Notes under the pieces: generated by a model | What the model saw: only the letters and a program-made list of their open reading frames with translations | The model's database searches: none | Told to the model about the DNA's origin: nothing | Shown here: in pieces, positions 56,813 to 64,000 of the stretch | Numbering within the stretch: position 1 is the stretch's first letter | Layout: each line of letters starts with the position of its first letter | Assembly: GCA_002708315.1 (NCBI GenBank) | Contig: PANC01000017.1 | Span: forward strand, 7,512-71,511 | From: Lentimicrobiaceae bacterium | GTDB taxonomy: Bacteria; Bacteroidota; Bacteroidia; Bacteroidales; F082 | Direction: 5' to 3' | Length of the DNA stretch: 64,000 bases | Made by a program: the position numbers and the translations under genes

Positions 56813-57705
56813 TATAGTTTCTCTGCTATTCTTAGTTTGGCGCTTCGCGCTCTATTATTTTCATTTATTTCCAACTCCTGAGGCATAATGGGTTTGCGTG
56901 TTATCTGTTTGTATTCAACAATGGGATTTCCATAAAAATCTTTCTCTATTTTACCATCGAAATTCCCAGACTTTATGAAATTTTTCACAAGCCTATCTTC
57001 AAGGGAATGGTAGGAAATAACTACAAGACGACCTCCTGACTTTAGTGATTCTGTTGCTTGCGTTAATAGAGACTTTAAAACATCTATCTCATTATTTACC
57101 TCAATTCTAAGAGCTTGAAAAAGCTGTGCAAGGAATTTATTCTTCTTATGCTGCGGGAAGCATCCAGATACTGCATCAATCAAATCGCTAGTAGTAGAAA
57201 TTTTATTATTGTTTCTATATTTTATTATGCCCTTGACAAAACATTTGTAATTATTTATTTCACCATAATTCTTCAATACCTCTGTGATATCTAATTCAGA
57301 ATATGTGTTTAAAATATCTGAAGCTGTTTTTGTTTGATTTTGATTCATTCTCATGTCAAGTGGTGCTTCAAAACGGGTTGAAAAGCCACGTTCAGGAACA
57401 TCAAACTGATGTGATGATACACCTAGGTCAGCTAATATGCCATCAACTTTTGTGGCATCGTGTAATCTCAGAAAATTCTTTAGAAACTGAAAGTTATGAT
57501 TTATGAGAGTGAATTTTGCATCCTCTAATTTATTGATAACAGAATCATTGTCCTGATCGAATGCAATTAATTTTCCATCTATAATGAATTTGAATATCTC
57601 CTTGGAATGTCCACCACCGCCATATGTAACATCAACATAGGTCCCCGAAGGGTTAATATTAAGTCCTGATATACACTCGTTTAATAAAACAGGATTGTGA
57701 TACAT
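56812..57705 (-). CDS. rsmH: 16S rRNA (cytosine1402-N4)-methyltransferase
   Basis: It has MYHNPVLLNE, DVTYGGGGHS, DLGVSSHQ and SYHSLEDR motifs. Confidence 0.95.
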   Translation of the reverse strand: MYHNPVLLNECISGLNINPSGTYVDVTYGGGGHSKEIFKFIIDGKLIAFDQDNDSVINKLEDAKFTLINHNFQFLKNFLRLHDATKVDGILADLGVSSHQFDVPERGFSTRFEAPLDMRMNQNQTKTASDILNTYSELDITEVLKNYGEINNYKCFVKGIIKYRNNNKISTTSDLIDAVSGCFPQHKKNKFLAQLFQALRIEVNNEIDVLKSLLTQATESLKSGGRLVVISYHSLEDRLVKNFIKSGNFDGKIEKDFYGNPIVEYKQITRKPIMPQELEINENNRARSAKLRIAEKL

Positions 57706-57710
57706 TTTTT

Positions 57711-58169
57711 CTATTCAGTTTCAAATTCGCCCATTACCTCTTCTGCCAAGTCGGCAAAATCATCTGGATTATAATCCACGGCAACTTCATATGCCGACTT
57801 GTCCCAGATTTCGATACGATTTACAACTGATGTTAGTACTATTTCTTTGGTGATACTGCTGTAGGATATTAGATCCTTAGGGATTAGCAATCTTCCGGTA
57901 CCATCAAGTTCAAGAGGTTTAACACCTGCCATAAACTTCGTAGCAAATTCTGCGTTTTTCTTTTTGAACATATTCAATTTGTTAACTAATAATGACTCTT
58001 CCCTCCAGTTTTCCATCGGGAATAATTCAAGACATTGTTTGAATATGCTTCTTTTAATCACCATACCTTGCTTAACAGCCTCTCCAAGCTGCCCTTTGAA
58101 CTGCACAGGGAACATGAATCTTCCCTTTGAGTCCACTTTACATTCGTATGTGCCTAGTATGTTAACCAT
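57711..58169 (-). CDS. mraZ: Transcriptional regulator MraZ
   Basis: 152 aa. It has a duplicated SpoVT/AbrB-like module with DSKGRFMFP and DGTGRLLIP (the two DxxxR motifs) and is the first gene of the dcw cluster. Confidence 0.95.
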   Translation of the reverse strand: MVNILGTYECKVDSKGRFMFPVQFKGQLGEAVKQGMVIKRSIFKQCLELFPMENWREESLLVNKLNMFKKKNAEFATKFMAGVKPLELDGTGRLLIPKDLISYSSITKEIVLTSVVNRIEIWDKSAYEVAVDYNPDDFADLAEEVMGEFETE

Positions 58170-58192
58170 TATAAAAACTCAGAATTATGGTT

Positions 58193-58200
58193 CAAATTTA
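58193..58200 (-). promoter_or_regulatory. -7 promoter box TAnnTTTG (TAAATTTG on the minus strand) for mraZ/dcw
   Basis: The plus strand reads CAAATTTA. The box lies 24 nt upstream of the mraZ ATG at 58169. Confidence 0.55.
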
Positions 58201-58208
58201 AAAACTAT

Positions 58209-58246
58209 TTTACCACAATATTGCATAATTTACCACCTTTTACCAC
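58209..58246 (-). promoter_or_regulatory. Putative MraZ operator: three direct GTGGTAAA repeats in helical phase
   Basis: The plus strand reads TTTACCAC at 58209-58216, 58229-58236 and 58239-58246, with centre spacings of 20 and 10 bp. The repeats lie immediately upstream of the -7 box and 40-77 nt upstream of mraZ. Confidence 0.65.
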
Positions 58247-58442
58247 TTTGTTGATAAAAGGTTACGTTATTAACAATAAAAAATAATGTGATATACATAC
58301 TAAATACTTATAATGAGATATTTAATATTGATATTATGAGGGATATTCACAATTGTTAACAATGTCAATACATGTAAATTGTTAATAACTCACAATTGAG
58401 GAAAAATGGTTGATTATTAGGAAGGAGATTATGGTGAATAGA

Positions 58443-59927
58443 TTAATTTCTTAGCCTTTGTATTCCTTGTTTAGCTTTTCCGCGTATACTGTTGCGATAC
58501 TCAATGAAATCCATATCACTGCAAAGCTTATAATATGTAAGTGCATTTATCGTATCACCCTCAATCTCGTATATATTACCTAGTTTAAGAGCTGAATTTC
58601 CAGCGTAGTAATTTGGTAGTCCATTACCAAGGTATATTGTCTGTATGTACTTTAACTTGGCTTTCTCATTATTATTTAATGCATGAGATATTCTAGCACT
58701 CCTATAATGGAATTCTGTAATATCTAAAGTATTTAGATCCTTAATGGAGATAAGATTGATTATTGAATCTGCTCTATAATAATATCCACCATCAAACAAA
58801 AGCCTTGCTTTTAAAAGATTAATATTTGGAATAGATTTATCAAATGAAATTTCTTGAGCTCTTTTATCAGCATCTAAATCCATAGTTCCTATATTTCTTA
58901 TGGCGGCGATTTTGCTTAAGTATTTTGCTGTATCGCCATTTAATAGGCTGCACCAAGCTATTTTAAGCTGGGCATCTTTCATATAATTGACACCAGAAAA
59001 ATTATTTCTAAATATTTCAAGACTTTGTTCTGAATTTGATAAATCAAGTCTTCTAAGATAGCACTCACCCTTTAGGTAGTCCATGTAATAAAACGGGAAG
59101 TAATTATATTTGTAGTCAATTCTGTTAAACATTTTCAATGCATTATCATTTTCTCCATTTTTCATGAGTATATTTATTGCCAGATAGGATAGCAATAGGT
59201 TGTTATTTGCTTTTTCTTCAATTTTGGATAATATATAGCTAGCCAAGTTAGGATCTGGCGAAAGACTTAACTCAACCATCCCTTTATAAAAAATAATCTC
59301 ATTTGATAAGAAGTTAAATGAAGGGTTGGAATTAGATTGCTCAAGGGCATATTCCAATTCAATTTTACCTTCGGATACTGTTCCCTTAATCGAAACCAGG
59401 TTAAGAAGCCATTGGTATGAATCTGGAACAATTCCTATCATTATGTGAAGAACACCTAAACTGATTTTATTTGGGAAGAATGTGGGAAAATCCTTATCAT
59501 TTTCGCTTACTAACCTATATGATTTATTAAGTTGGATAATACCTGTGATATAATTTTGAAAACGTAAATTTACAGTTGCCCACTGAAGATAAATATTTCC
59601 AAGAAAATATTTTTTAAACCTAGAGCTATCATCTAATTTATTAATCAGTCGGATTGTTTCATCAACTTTATTTTCAATTGAATTGAAGTACACCTCGTCT
59701 TCACTTAAAGTCACTTTTAGAAAATCAATATAATTATCCAGATAGTTAACAAGTAAATTATCTGGGTTTTGCCTTCTTTCCAGGGCAATTTTTTCTTTAG
59801 CATCATCAAATCTTAGTGATAGTATATCTGTATAGGCTAATTTGCAATTATCATTAATTACTACTGATTGAGCATTAATAATAACACTACTAATTATTAT
59901 GATAATTGTTAATAGTAGGCGAGTCAT
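58443..59927 (-). CDS. Secreted TPR-like repeat protein (function unknown)
   Basis: It has a signal peptide (LLLTIIIIISSVIINAQS) and helical repeat-like composition, with TPR-like segments near the C-terminus (YYAGNSALKLGNIYEIEGDTINALTYYKLC). Confidence 0.55.
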   Translation of the reverse strand: MTRLLLTIIIIISSVIINAQSVVINDNCKLAYTDILSLRFDDAKEKIALERRQNPDNLLVNYLDNYIDFLKVTLSEDEVYFNSIENKVDETIRLINKLDDSSRFKKYFLGNIYLQWATVNLRFQNYITGIIQLNKSYRLVSENDKDFPTFFPNKISLGVLHIMIGIVPDSYQWLLNLVSIKGTVSEGKIELEYALEQSNSNPSFNFLSNEIIFYKGMVELSLSPDPNLASYILSKIEEKANNNLLLSYLAINILMKNGENDNALKMFNRIDYKYNYFPFYYMDYLKGECYLRRLDLSNSEQSLEIFRNNFSGVNYMKDAQLKIAWCSLLNGDTAKYLSKIAAIRNIGTMDLDADKRAQEISFDKSIPNINLLKARLLFDGGYYYRADSIINLISIKDLNTLDITEFHYRSARISHALNNNEKAKLKYIQTIYLGNGLPNYYAGNSALKLGNIYEIEGDTINALTYYKLCSDMDFIEYRNSIRGKAKQGIQRLRN

Positions 59928-59943
59928 ACTAAATGTAAAAGTA

Positions 59944-59974
59944 CAAAAAAAGGGGCATTATTATTTGCCCCTTT
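59944..59974 (-). terminator. Intrinsic (rho-independent) terminator downstream of the zinc-ribbon gene
   Basis: On the minus strand there is a perfect 9-bp stem, AAAGGGGCA / TGCCCCTTT (59949-59957 pairing with 59966-59974), with an 8-nt loop. A T-run follows (plus-strand A-run 59945-59951). It is the only GC-rich hairpin of this quality that I saw in the intergenic space. Confidence 0.7.
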
Positions 59975-59996
59975 AAGATAAGTAATATGATTTTAA

Positions 59997-60776
59997 TTAC
60001 TTAGTCATCTTTTCTGCCACCAGTTCGGTTACTTCATTATCAACGAGAATGCGACCACAATAATCACAAAAGATAATTTTCTTGTGAACCCTTATATCTA
60101 ATTGGTGCTGAGGAGGTATTTTGTTAAAACATCCACCGCATGCATCTCTTTCTATTTGAACAACAGCAAGACCATTTCGTGCATTTGATCTTATTCTTTT
60201 GTATGCAGATAATAGTCTGTCTTCTATGAATTTTTCATTTTCTGCTGACATATTGGTGAGCTTTTCTTCCTCTATTAGCCGTTCTTCAACAATATCTTTT
60301 AATTCTTTATTTTTTTCTTCAAGGTCAATGCGTTTATCCTTGAGTTTTTCATCTGCCTTTTCTGTTTCAGTTAAATGCAATTCAATCTTGTATTTTAATT
60401 CAACAATCTTTTTTTCAGCATGCTCTATTTCAAGATTTTGAAATTCAAGCTCCTTGGTTAGTGAGTCGTACTCACGGTTGTTACGCACATTCATTTGTTG
60501 CTCCTTATATTTTGTAATAAGGGCTTGACTATCTTTGATTACACCTTTTTGCTCTTCGATGGAATTCTTATAATCCTCTTCTTCTTTGTGAAAGTTTGCA
60601 ATACGAGTTTCTAATCCTGCGATTTCATCTTCTAAATCTTCGACTTCCAGAGGCAGTTCACCTCTTACAATTTTGATTTTATCAACCTGTGAGTCGATTT
60701 GTTGCAGGGTGTAAAGTGCTATCAGTTTTTGCTCTACACTCACTTCCTCATTTTTTGTCGCTTTTTTTCCAGCCAT
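59997..60776 (-). CDS. COG1579-type coiled-coil protein with C-terminal C4 zinc ribbon (DUF164-like)
   Basis: A long E/K-rich coiled coil is followed by CGGC-x17-CDYCGRIL. It sits immediately downstream of a NIF3 gene, which is the conserved pairing. Confidence 0.75.
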   Translation of the reverse strand: MAGKKATKNEEVSVEQKLIALYTLQQIDSQVDKIKIVRGELPLEVEDLEDEIAGLETRIANFHKEEEDYKNSIEEQKGVIKDSQALITKYKEQQMNVRNNREYDSLTKELEFQNLEIEHAEKKIVELKYKIELHLTETEKADEKLKDKRIDLEEKNKELKDIVEERLIEEEKLTNMSAENEKFIEDRLLSAYKRIRSNARNGLAVVQIERDACGGCFNKIPPQHQLDIRVHKKIIFCDYCGRILVDNEVTELVAEKMTK

Positions 60777-60797
60777 AGTAATCTTATTTTCAATTTA

Positions 60798-61892
60798 TTA
60801 CAAAAATGAAATGGGGTTAACATTCATTTTTGAAATTTGGAGGGCAAAATTAGGAAATTTTTTCTTTAAATACGCATAAATTAATTCTTTTACAGGATGT
60901 TCTGTTTCAAAGTGCCCTGCATCGGCAATTGTCATTTCCCCTAAATACTCAAAATAGTCATGATATTTAATATCTGCGGTTATGAATAAATCTGCATTTT
61001 TTCGGGCTGCCTCGGGTATCAGAAAGCTTCCGCTGCCCCCACATATTGCAACCTTCTTAATTGGTTTGTCAACAAGCTTATTGTGTTTTATATAGCTACA
61101 TCCCAATGTTGTCTTTACCAATTTAAGGTATTCTTTTATATTAGTTTCTTTTTTTAGCTCACCAATCATACCACTGCCAATGCTACTATTTGTATTGGTT
61201 AATTTATATATGTCATGCGCAACTTCTTCATAAGGATGAGCTTTAATCATAGCACTTATTACGTTGGCTAAATTATAATCTTCAACGATTACTTCAAGTC
61301 GGTATTCATCTTCTTGATGCAAGCTATTTTCAGAACCAACAAAAGGATTACTTCCTTCCAATGCTCTGAAAGAGCCTTTACCATCGGTAATAAAACTGCA
61401 GTTATCGTAGTTCCCAATGCTTCCAGCTCCATTATTAAACATGGCACTTCGAACAGCCTCAATATGATCCTTAGGGCAAAAGACTACCACTTTTGATAGG
61501 CCTTCTTTTTTGGGCGAAAGAATTTGCGTATTAATTAACTTAAGCTTTTCTGATAGTATACCATTGATTCCACCTAATACATTATCCAAATTTGTGTGTA
61601 TGGCAAACAGATTAATGTCATTTTTTATGGCTTTTATAACCAGCTTTTCTGTCATTGTATTTCCAACTAATCTTTTTAGTCCCTTGAAAATAATTGGATG
61701 ATGCGCAATTATGATATCACATTTGTTTGCAATTGCTTCTTCCACAACTTCATTTGTAACATCCAGTGTTATAAGGGCCTTGGAAACTTCTTTATCATAG
61801 GACCCAACCAATAAACCTGAGTTATCATAGCTCTCCTGAAGACATGATGGGGCTATGTTTTCAAGAAAATTTGTAATATCTTTGACTTGCAT
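60798..61892 (-). CDS. NIF3-family dinuclear-metal protein (GTP cyclohydrolase 1 type 2 homologue), long form with inserted PII-like domain
   Basis: It has IIAHHPIIFKGLKRL near the N-terminus and ADAGHFETE near the C-terminus. The 364-aa length indicates the inserted middle domain. Confidence 0.8.
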   Translation of the reverse strand: MQVKDITNFLENIAPSCLQESYDNSGLLVGSYDKEVSKALITLDVTNEVVEEAIANKCDIIIAHHPIIFKGLKRLVGNTMTEKLVIKAIKNDINLFAIHTNLDNVLGGINGILSEKLKLINTQILSPKKEGLSKVVVFCPKDHIEAVRSAMFNNGAGSIGNYDNCSFITDGKGSFRALEGSNPFVGSENSLHQEDEYRLEVIVEDYNLANVISAMIKAHPYEEVAHDIYKLTNTNSSIGSGMIGELKKETNIKEYLKLVKTTLGCSYIKHNKLVDKPIKKVAICGGSGSFLIPEAARKNADLFITADIKYHDYFEYLGEMTIADAGHFETEHPVKELIYAYLKKKFPNFALQISKMNVNPISFL

Positions 61893-62031
61893 AATAATTA
61901 GTAAAAAGTTAAAAAATTTAGCTAAAATTACTTAAATTAGCACACTTTTGTGGTGATTCTGGCATAAAAGTATACATTGAATTAGGTTTTTTGCAGTTAA
62001 AACACAAAAAAACACATAACTTTTATTGAAA

Positions 62032-63108
62032 ATGGGAATTTGGAAGTTATTGTTATTACCTATTGCAGCTCTATATGGTCTAATTATAAGAATTAGGCAT
62101 TGGATGTTCAATACAAATATATTGGAATCAGTCTCATATGATATTCCTTTAATTGGAGTTGGAAACCTCAATCTTGGTGGTACTGGCAAAACTCCAATGG
62201 TTGAATTTATTATTAGATTATTATTGAAAGAAAATAAGGTAGCTGTATTGAGCCGCGGTTATGGTAGAACTTCAAAAGGTTATTTAATTGCTGATCAATA
62301 TTCAGATCATCAAATTATAGGTGATGAACCGATGCAATACCATAACAAATTTAGAAAAGAACTTAAGGTGGCTGTTTGTGAAAATAGACGATTGGGAATT
62401 GATAATTTAATGCAGGATTTTGAGAAACTTGATGCAATTGTTCTAGATGATTCATTTCAGCACAGGTATGTTAAGCCTGGTTTATCCATTTTACTCACTG
62501 ATTTTCATAATCTCTACATGGAAGATTATTTACTTCCTGCTGGAAGCTTAAGGGATGTTGTTTCAGCAGCTAAAAGAGCAGACATAATTATCGTTACAAA
62601 AACTTTCAAGGTGCTTTCTCCCATTACACGACGGCGAATTAAAACCATTTTGAAACCAGATAGCCATCAAAGTCTTTACTTTTCTTATCTCGATTATGGC
62701 GATATGACTCCATTGCCTGGTATTGATAATGTAATAATGCCGAGTAAAATAAGTACCATAGTTTTATTTTGTGGTATTGCTAATCCATATCCTCTCCAAG
62801 AGTACCTTAGGGATTTATGTATTGACCTTCATGTGTTAGATTTTCCGGATCATCACGTTTACAAAAGGAAAGATATTGAGATGGTGATTAAAGCGTATGA
62901 AGATGCTTTCACAAGAAATAAAATTATCATAACTACGGAAAAAGATGCAATGCGTTTGATAAAATCTGAATATATTCGCGCCATGGATTCTTTACCATTG
63001 TTTTATATTCCCATTGAAGTGAAGTTGCATGGTTTAGATCAATCAAACTTCTCAAATCAAATCAAAAAGTATGTTAGAGAGAATAAAAGAAACAGTGGCT
63101 TTCATTAG
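62032..63108 (+). CDS. lpxK: Tetraacyldisaccharide 4'-kinase
   Basis: It has an N-terminal membrane helix and the P-loop VGNLNLGGTGKTPMV, followed by LSRGYG. The ATG at 62032 is preferred over the listed TTG at 62026. Confidence 0.85.
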   Translation: MGIWKLLLLPIAALYGLIIRIRHWMFNTNILESVSYDIPLIGVGNLNLGGTGKTPMVEFIIRLLLKENKVAVLSRGYGRTSKGYLIADQYSDHQIIGDEPMQYHNKFRKELKVAVCENRRLGIDNLMQDFEKLDAIVLDDSFQHRYVKPGLSILLTDFHNLYMEDYLLPAGSLRDVVSAAKRADIIIVTKTFKVLSPITRRRIKTILKPDSHQSLYFSYLDYGDMTPLPGIDNVIMPSKISTIVLFCGIANPYPLQEYLRDLCIDLHVLDFPDHHVYKRKDIEMVIKAYEDAFTRNKIIITTEKDAMRLIKSEYIRAMDSLPLFYIPIEVKLHGLDQSNFSNQIKKYVRENKRNSGFH

Positions 63109-63880
63109 TGAACGAATTGATGTTAAACCACACATTGGAATAATTCTAGGATCAGGTATTGGTGAATTAGCACATGAAATAGAATCCGAAGTTATAATTC
63201 CGTATGATACAATACCAAATTTCCCTATTTCAACTGTAAAAGGACATCATGGACAGCTAATTTTTGGCAAGCTGAATGGAGTGCAAGTAGTTGCCATGAA
63301 AGGAAGATTTCATTACTACGAAGGTTATTCCATGGATGAGGTAACACTCCCTGTTCGTGTTATGAAAATTCTTGGAATAGATTATCTATTTGTCTCCAAT
63401 GCCAGTGGAGGTGTGAACGCATCATTTGAAGTTGGAGATATTATGTTTATTACGGATCATATAAACCTCATGCCTAATCCGTTAATTGGTGAAAATATCG
63501 ATGACCATGGTCCAAGGTTTGTTGATATGAGTGAGGCCTATGATAAAAGTCTTTTAAGTGTTGCAAAAAGAATAGCTCGTCATAATGGTATCAATTACAA
63601 AACTGGGGTTTACGCTGGTGTTACCGGACCAACCTACGAAACTCCTGCTGAATATAAATATATAAATATCTTGGGTGCAGATGCTGTTGGAATGTCAACT
63701 GTGCCTGAAGTAATTGTTGCAAGGCATATGAAACTACCCGTATTTGCCGTTTCAGTAATATCTGATTTGGGTGTTGAGGGTAAAATAATCGAGATTTCTC
63801 ATCAGGAAGTTATAGATGCTGTTTCAAGGGTAACGCCCAAACTGATAGCTTTAATAAAAGAAATTGTAAAAGAAGTATAG
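63071..63880 (+). CDS. Purine nucleoside phosphorylase (trimeric PNP/PunA type)
   Basis: It has ILGSGIG, STVKGHHGQLIFG, GRFHYYEGY, SNASGG and GMSTVPE motifs. It overlaps the lpxK 3' end by 38 nt. Confidence 0.85.
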   Translation: MLERIKETVAFISERIDVKPHIGIILGSGIGELAHEIESEVIIPYDTIPNFPISTVKGHHGQLIFGKLNGVQVVAMKGRFHYYEGYSMDEVTLPVRVMKILGIDYLFVSNASGGVNASFEVGDIMFITDHINLMPNPLIGENIDDHGPRFVDMSEAYDKSLLSVAKRIARHNGINYKTGVYAGVTGPTYETPAEYKYINILGADAVGMSTVPEVIVARHMKLPVFAVSVISDLGVEGKIIEISHQEVIDAVSRVTPKLIALIKEIVKEV

Positions 63881-63882
63881 TT

Positions 63883-64000
63883 ATTTCAAATAAGTCAAAA
63901 ATATATTTTGCCTCTGATTTTCATTTGGGGATACCTGATCACGAAAGTAGTCTGCTTAGAGAGAAAAAATTAGTGCGATGGCTTGACATGGTTAGTAAGG
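63883..64000 (+). CDS. lpxH: UDP-2,3-diacylglucosamine diphosphatase (LpxH-like), 5' part only; start codon uncertain
   Basis: The frame reads (I)SNKSKIYFASDFHLGIPDHESSLLREKKLVRWLDMVSK, and DxH(L)G is the LpxH/metallophosphoesterase motif I. There is no ATG, GTG or TTG in frame between the upstream stop (63781) and the motif. The candidates are ATT at 63883 or ATA at 63901. The gene runs off the window. Confidence 0.6.
   Translation, partial: MSNKSKIYFASDFHLGIPDHESSLLREKKLVRWLDMVSK

Noticed and set aside
58348-58398. A perfect 12-bp palindrome ATTGTTAACAAT (58352-58363), a near-repeat AATTGTTAATAA (58377-58388) and a duplicated CACAATTG, far upstream of mraZ
   Set aside because: My rough estimate is that several such palindromes and near-repeats are expected by chance in the AT-rich intergenic DNA of this window. 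Without conservation data it cannot be called an operator.
61932-62189. 85-aa minus-strand ORF across the NIF3/lpxK divergent region
   Set aside because: It overlaps the lpxK N-terminus in antisense and spans the promoter region, and it has no motif.
1-64000. A search for CRISPR arrays, tRNA/rRNA genes, IS elements or transposases, integrases, prophage genes, restriction-modification or other defence systems
   Set aside because: I saw no spaced direct-repeat arrays, no GC-rich cloverleaf-like segments in the spacers, and no proteins with transposase, integrase, nuclease-helicase or methylase-pair signatures. The window reads as core chromosome.

Overview
This is a visibly AT-rich chromosomal segment that looks like Bacteroidota or the wider FCB group. 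The supporting signs are T9SS C-terminal sorting domains, recurrent TAnnTTTG -7 promoter boxes, no obvious Shine-Dalgarno use, and a murF-less dcw cluster. About 50 genes are tightly packed. I found no rRNA, tRNA, CRISPR array, transposase, integrase, phage gene or recognisable defence gene. The main blocks are as follows. (i) 1-13.2 kb holds two convergent T9SS-secreted Asp-box propellers, an alkyltransferase-like (ATL) protein, an EEP nuclease lipoprotein, pyrC, a Dpm1-like GT2, adenine deaminase, gpmA and a phosphoesterase. (ii) 13.2-16.5 kb holds a decayed MobA-like pseudogene, a threonine-synthase-like probable cysteate synthase (sulfonolipid entry step) and a B12-binding radical SAM enzyme. 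(iii) 16.7-29.8 kb holds an MscK-like channel, an uncharacterised 608-aa protein, mfd, class 3 FBPase, aspartate kinase and a PPi-dependent PFK. (iv) 29.8-39.8 kb holds a six-gene operon with overlapping stop and start codons. It encodes a GT2-DUF2062 fusion, an MMPL exporter/lysophospholipid acyltransferase/SAM-methyltransferase triple fusion, an FAD oxidoreductase, a C45 Ntn enzyme, a PaaK-like adenylating enzyme and a DUF2141 protein. It has no chain-building core and is my best candidate for an undescribed envelope-lipid tailoring and export system. (v) 39.8-42.7 kb holds a TAT-signal glycosylasparaginase, a FucP-like MFS transporter and a YqeY-like protein. (vi) 42.9-58.2 kb holds a complete mraZ-to-ftsZ dcw cluster, preceded by three phased GTGGTAAA repeats that look like a MraZ operator. 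(vii) 58.4-64 kb holds a TPR protein, the COG1579/NIF3 pair, lpxK, a purine nucleoside phosphorylase and the 5' end of lpxH, which has no canonical start codon. All functional calls rest on motifs I read in the translations and on my memory of the families. No database search was run.
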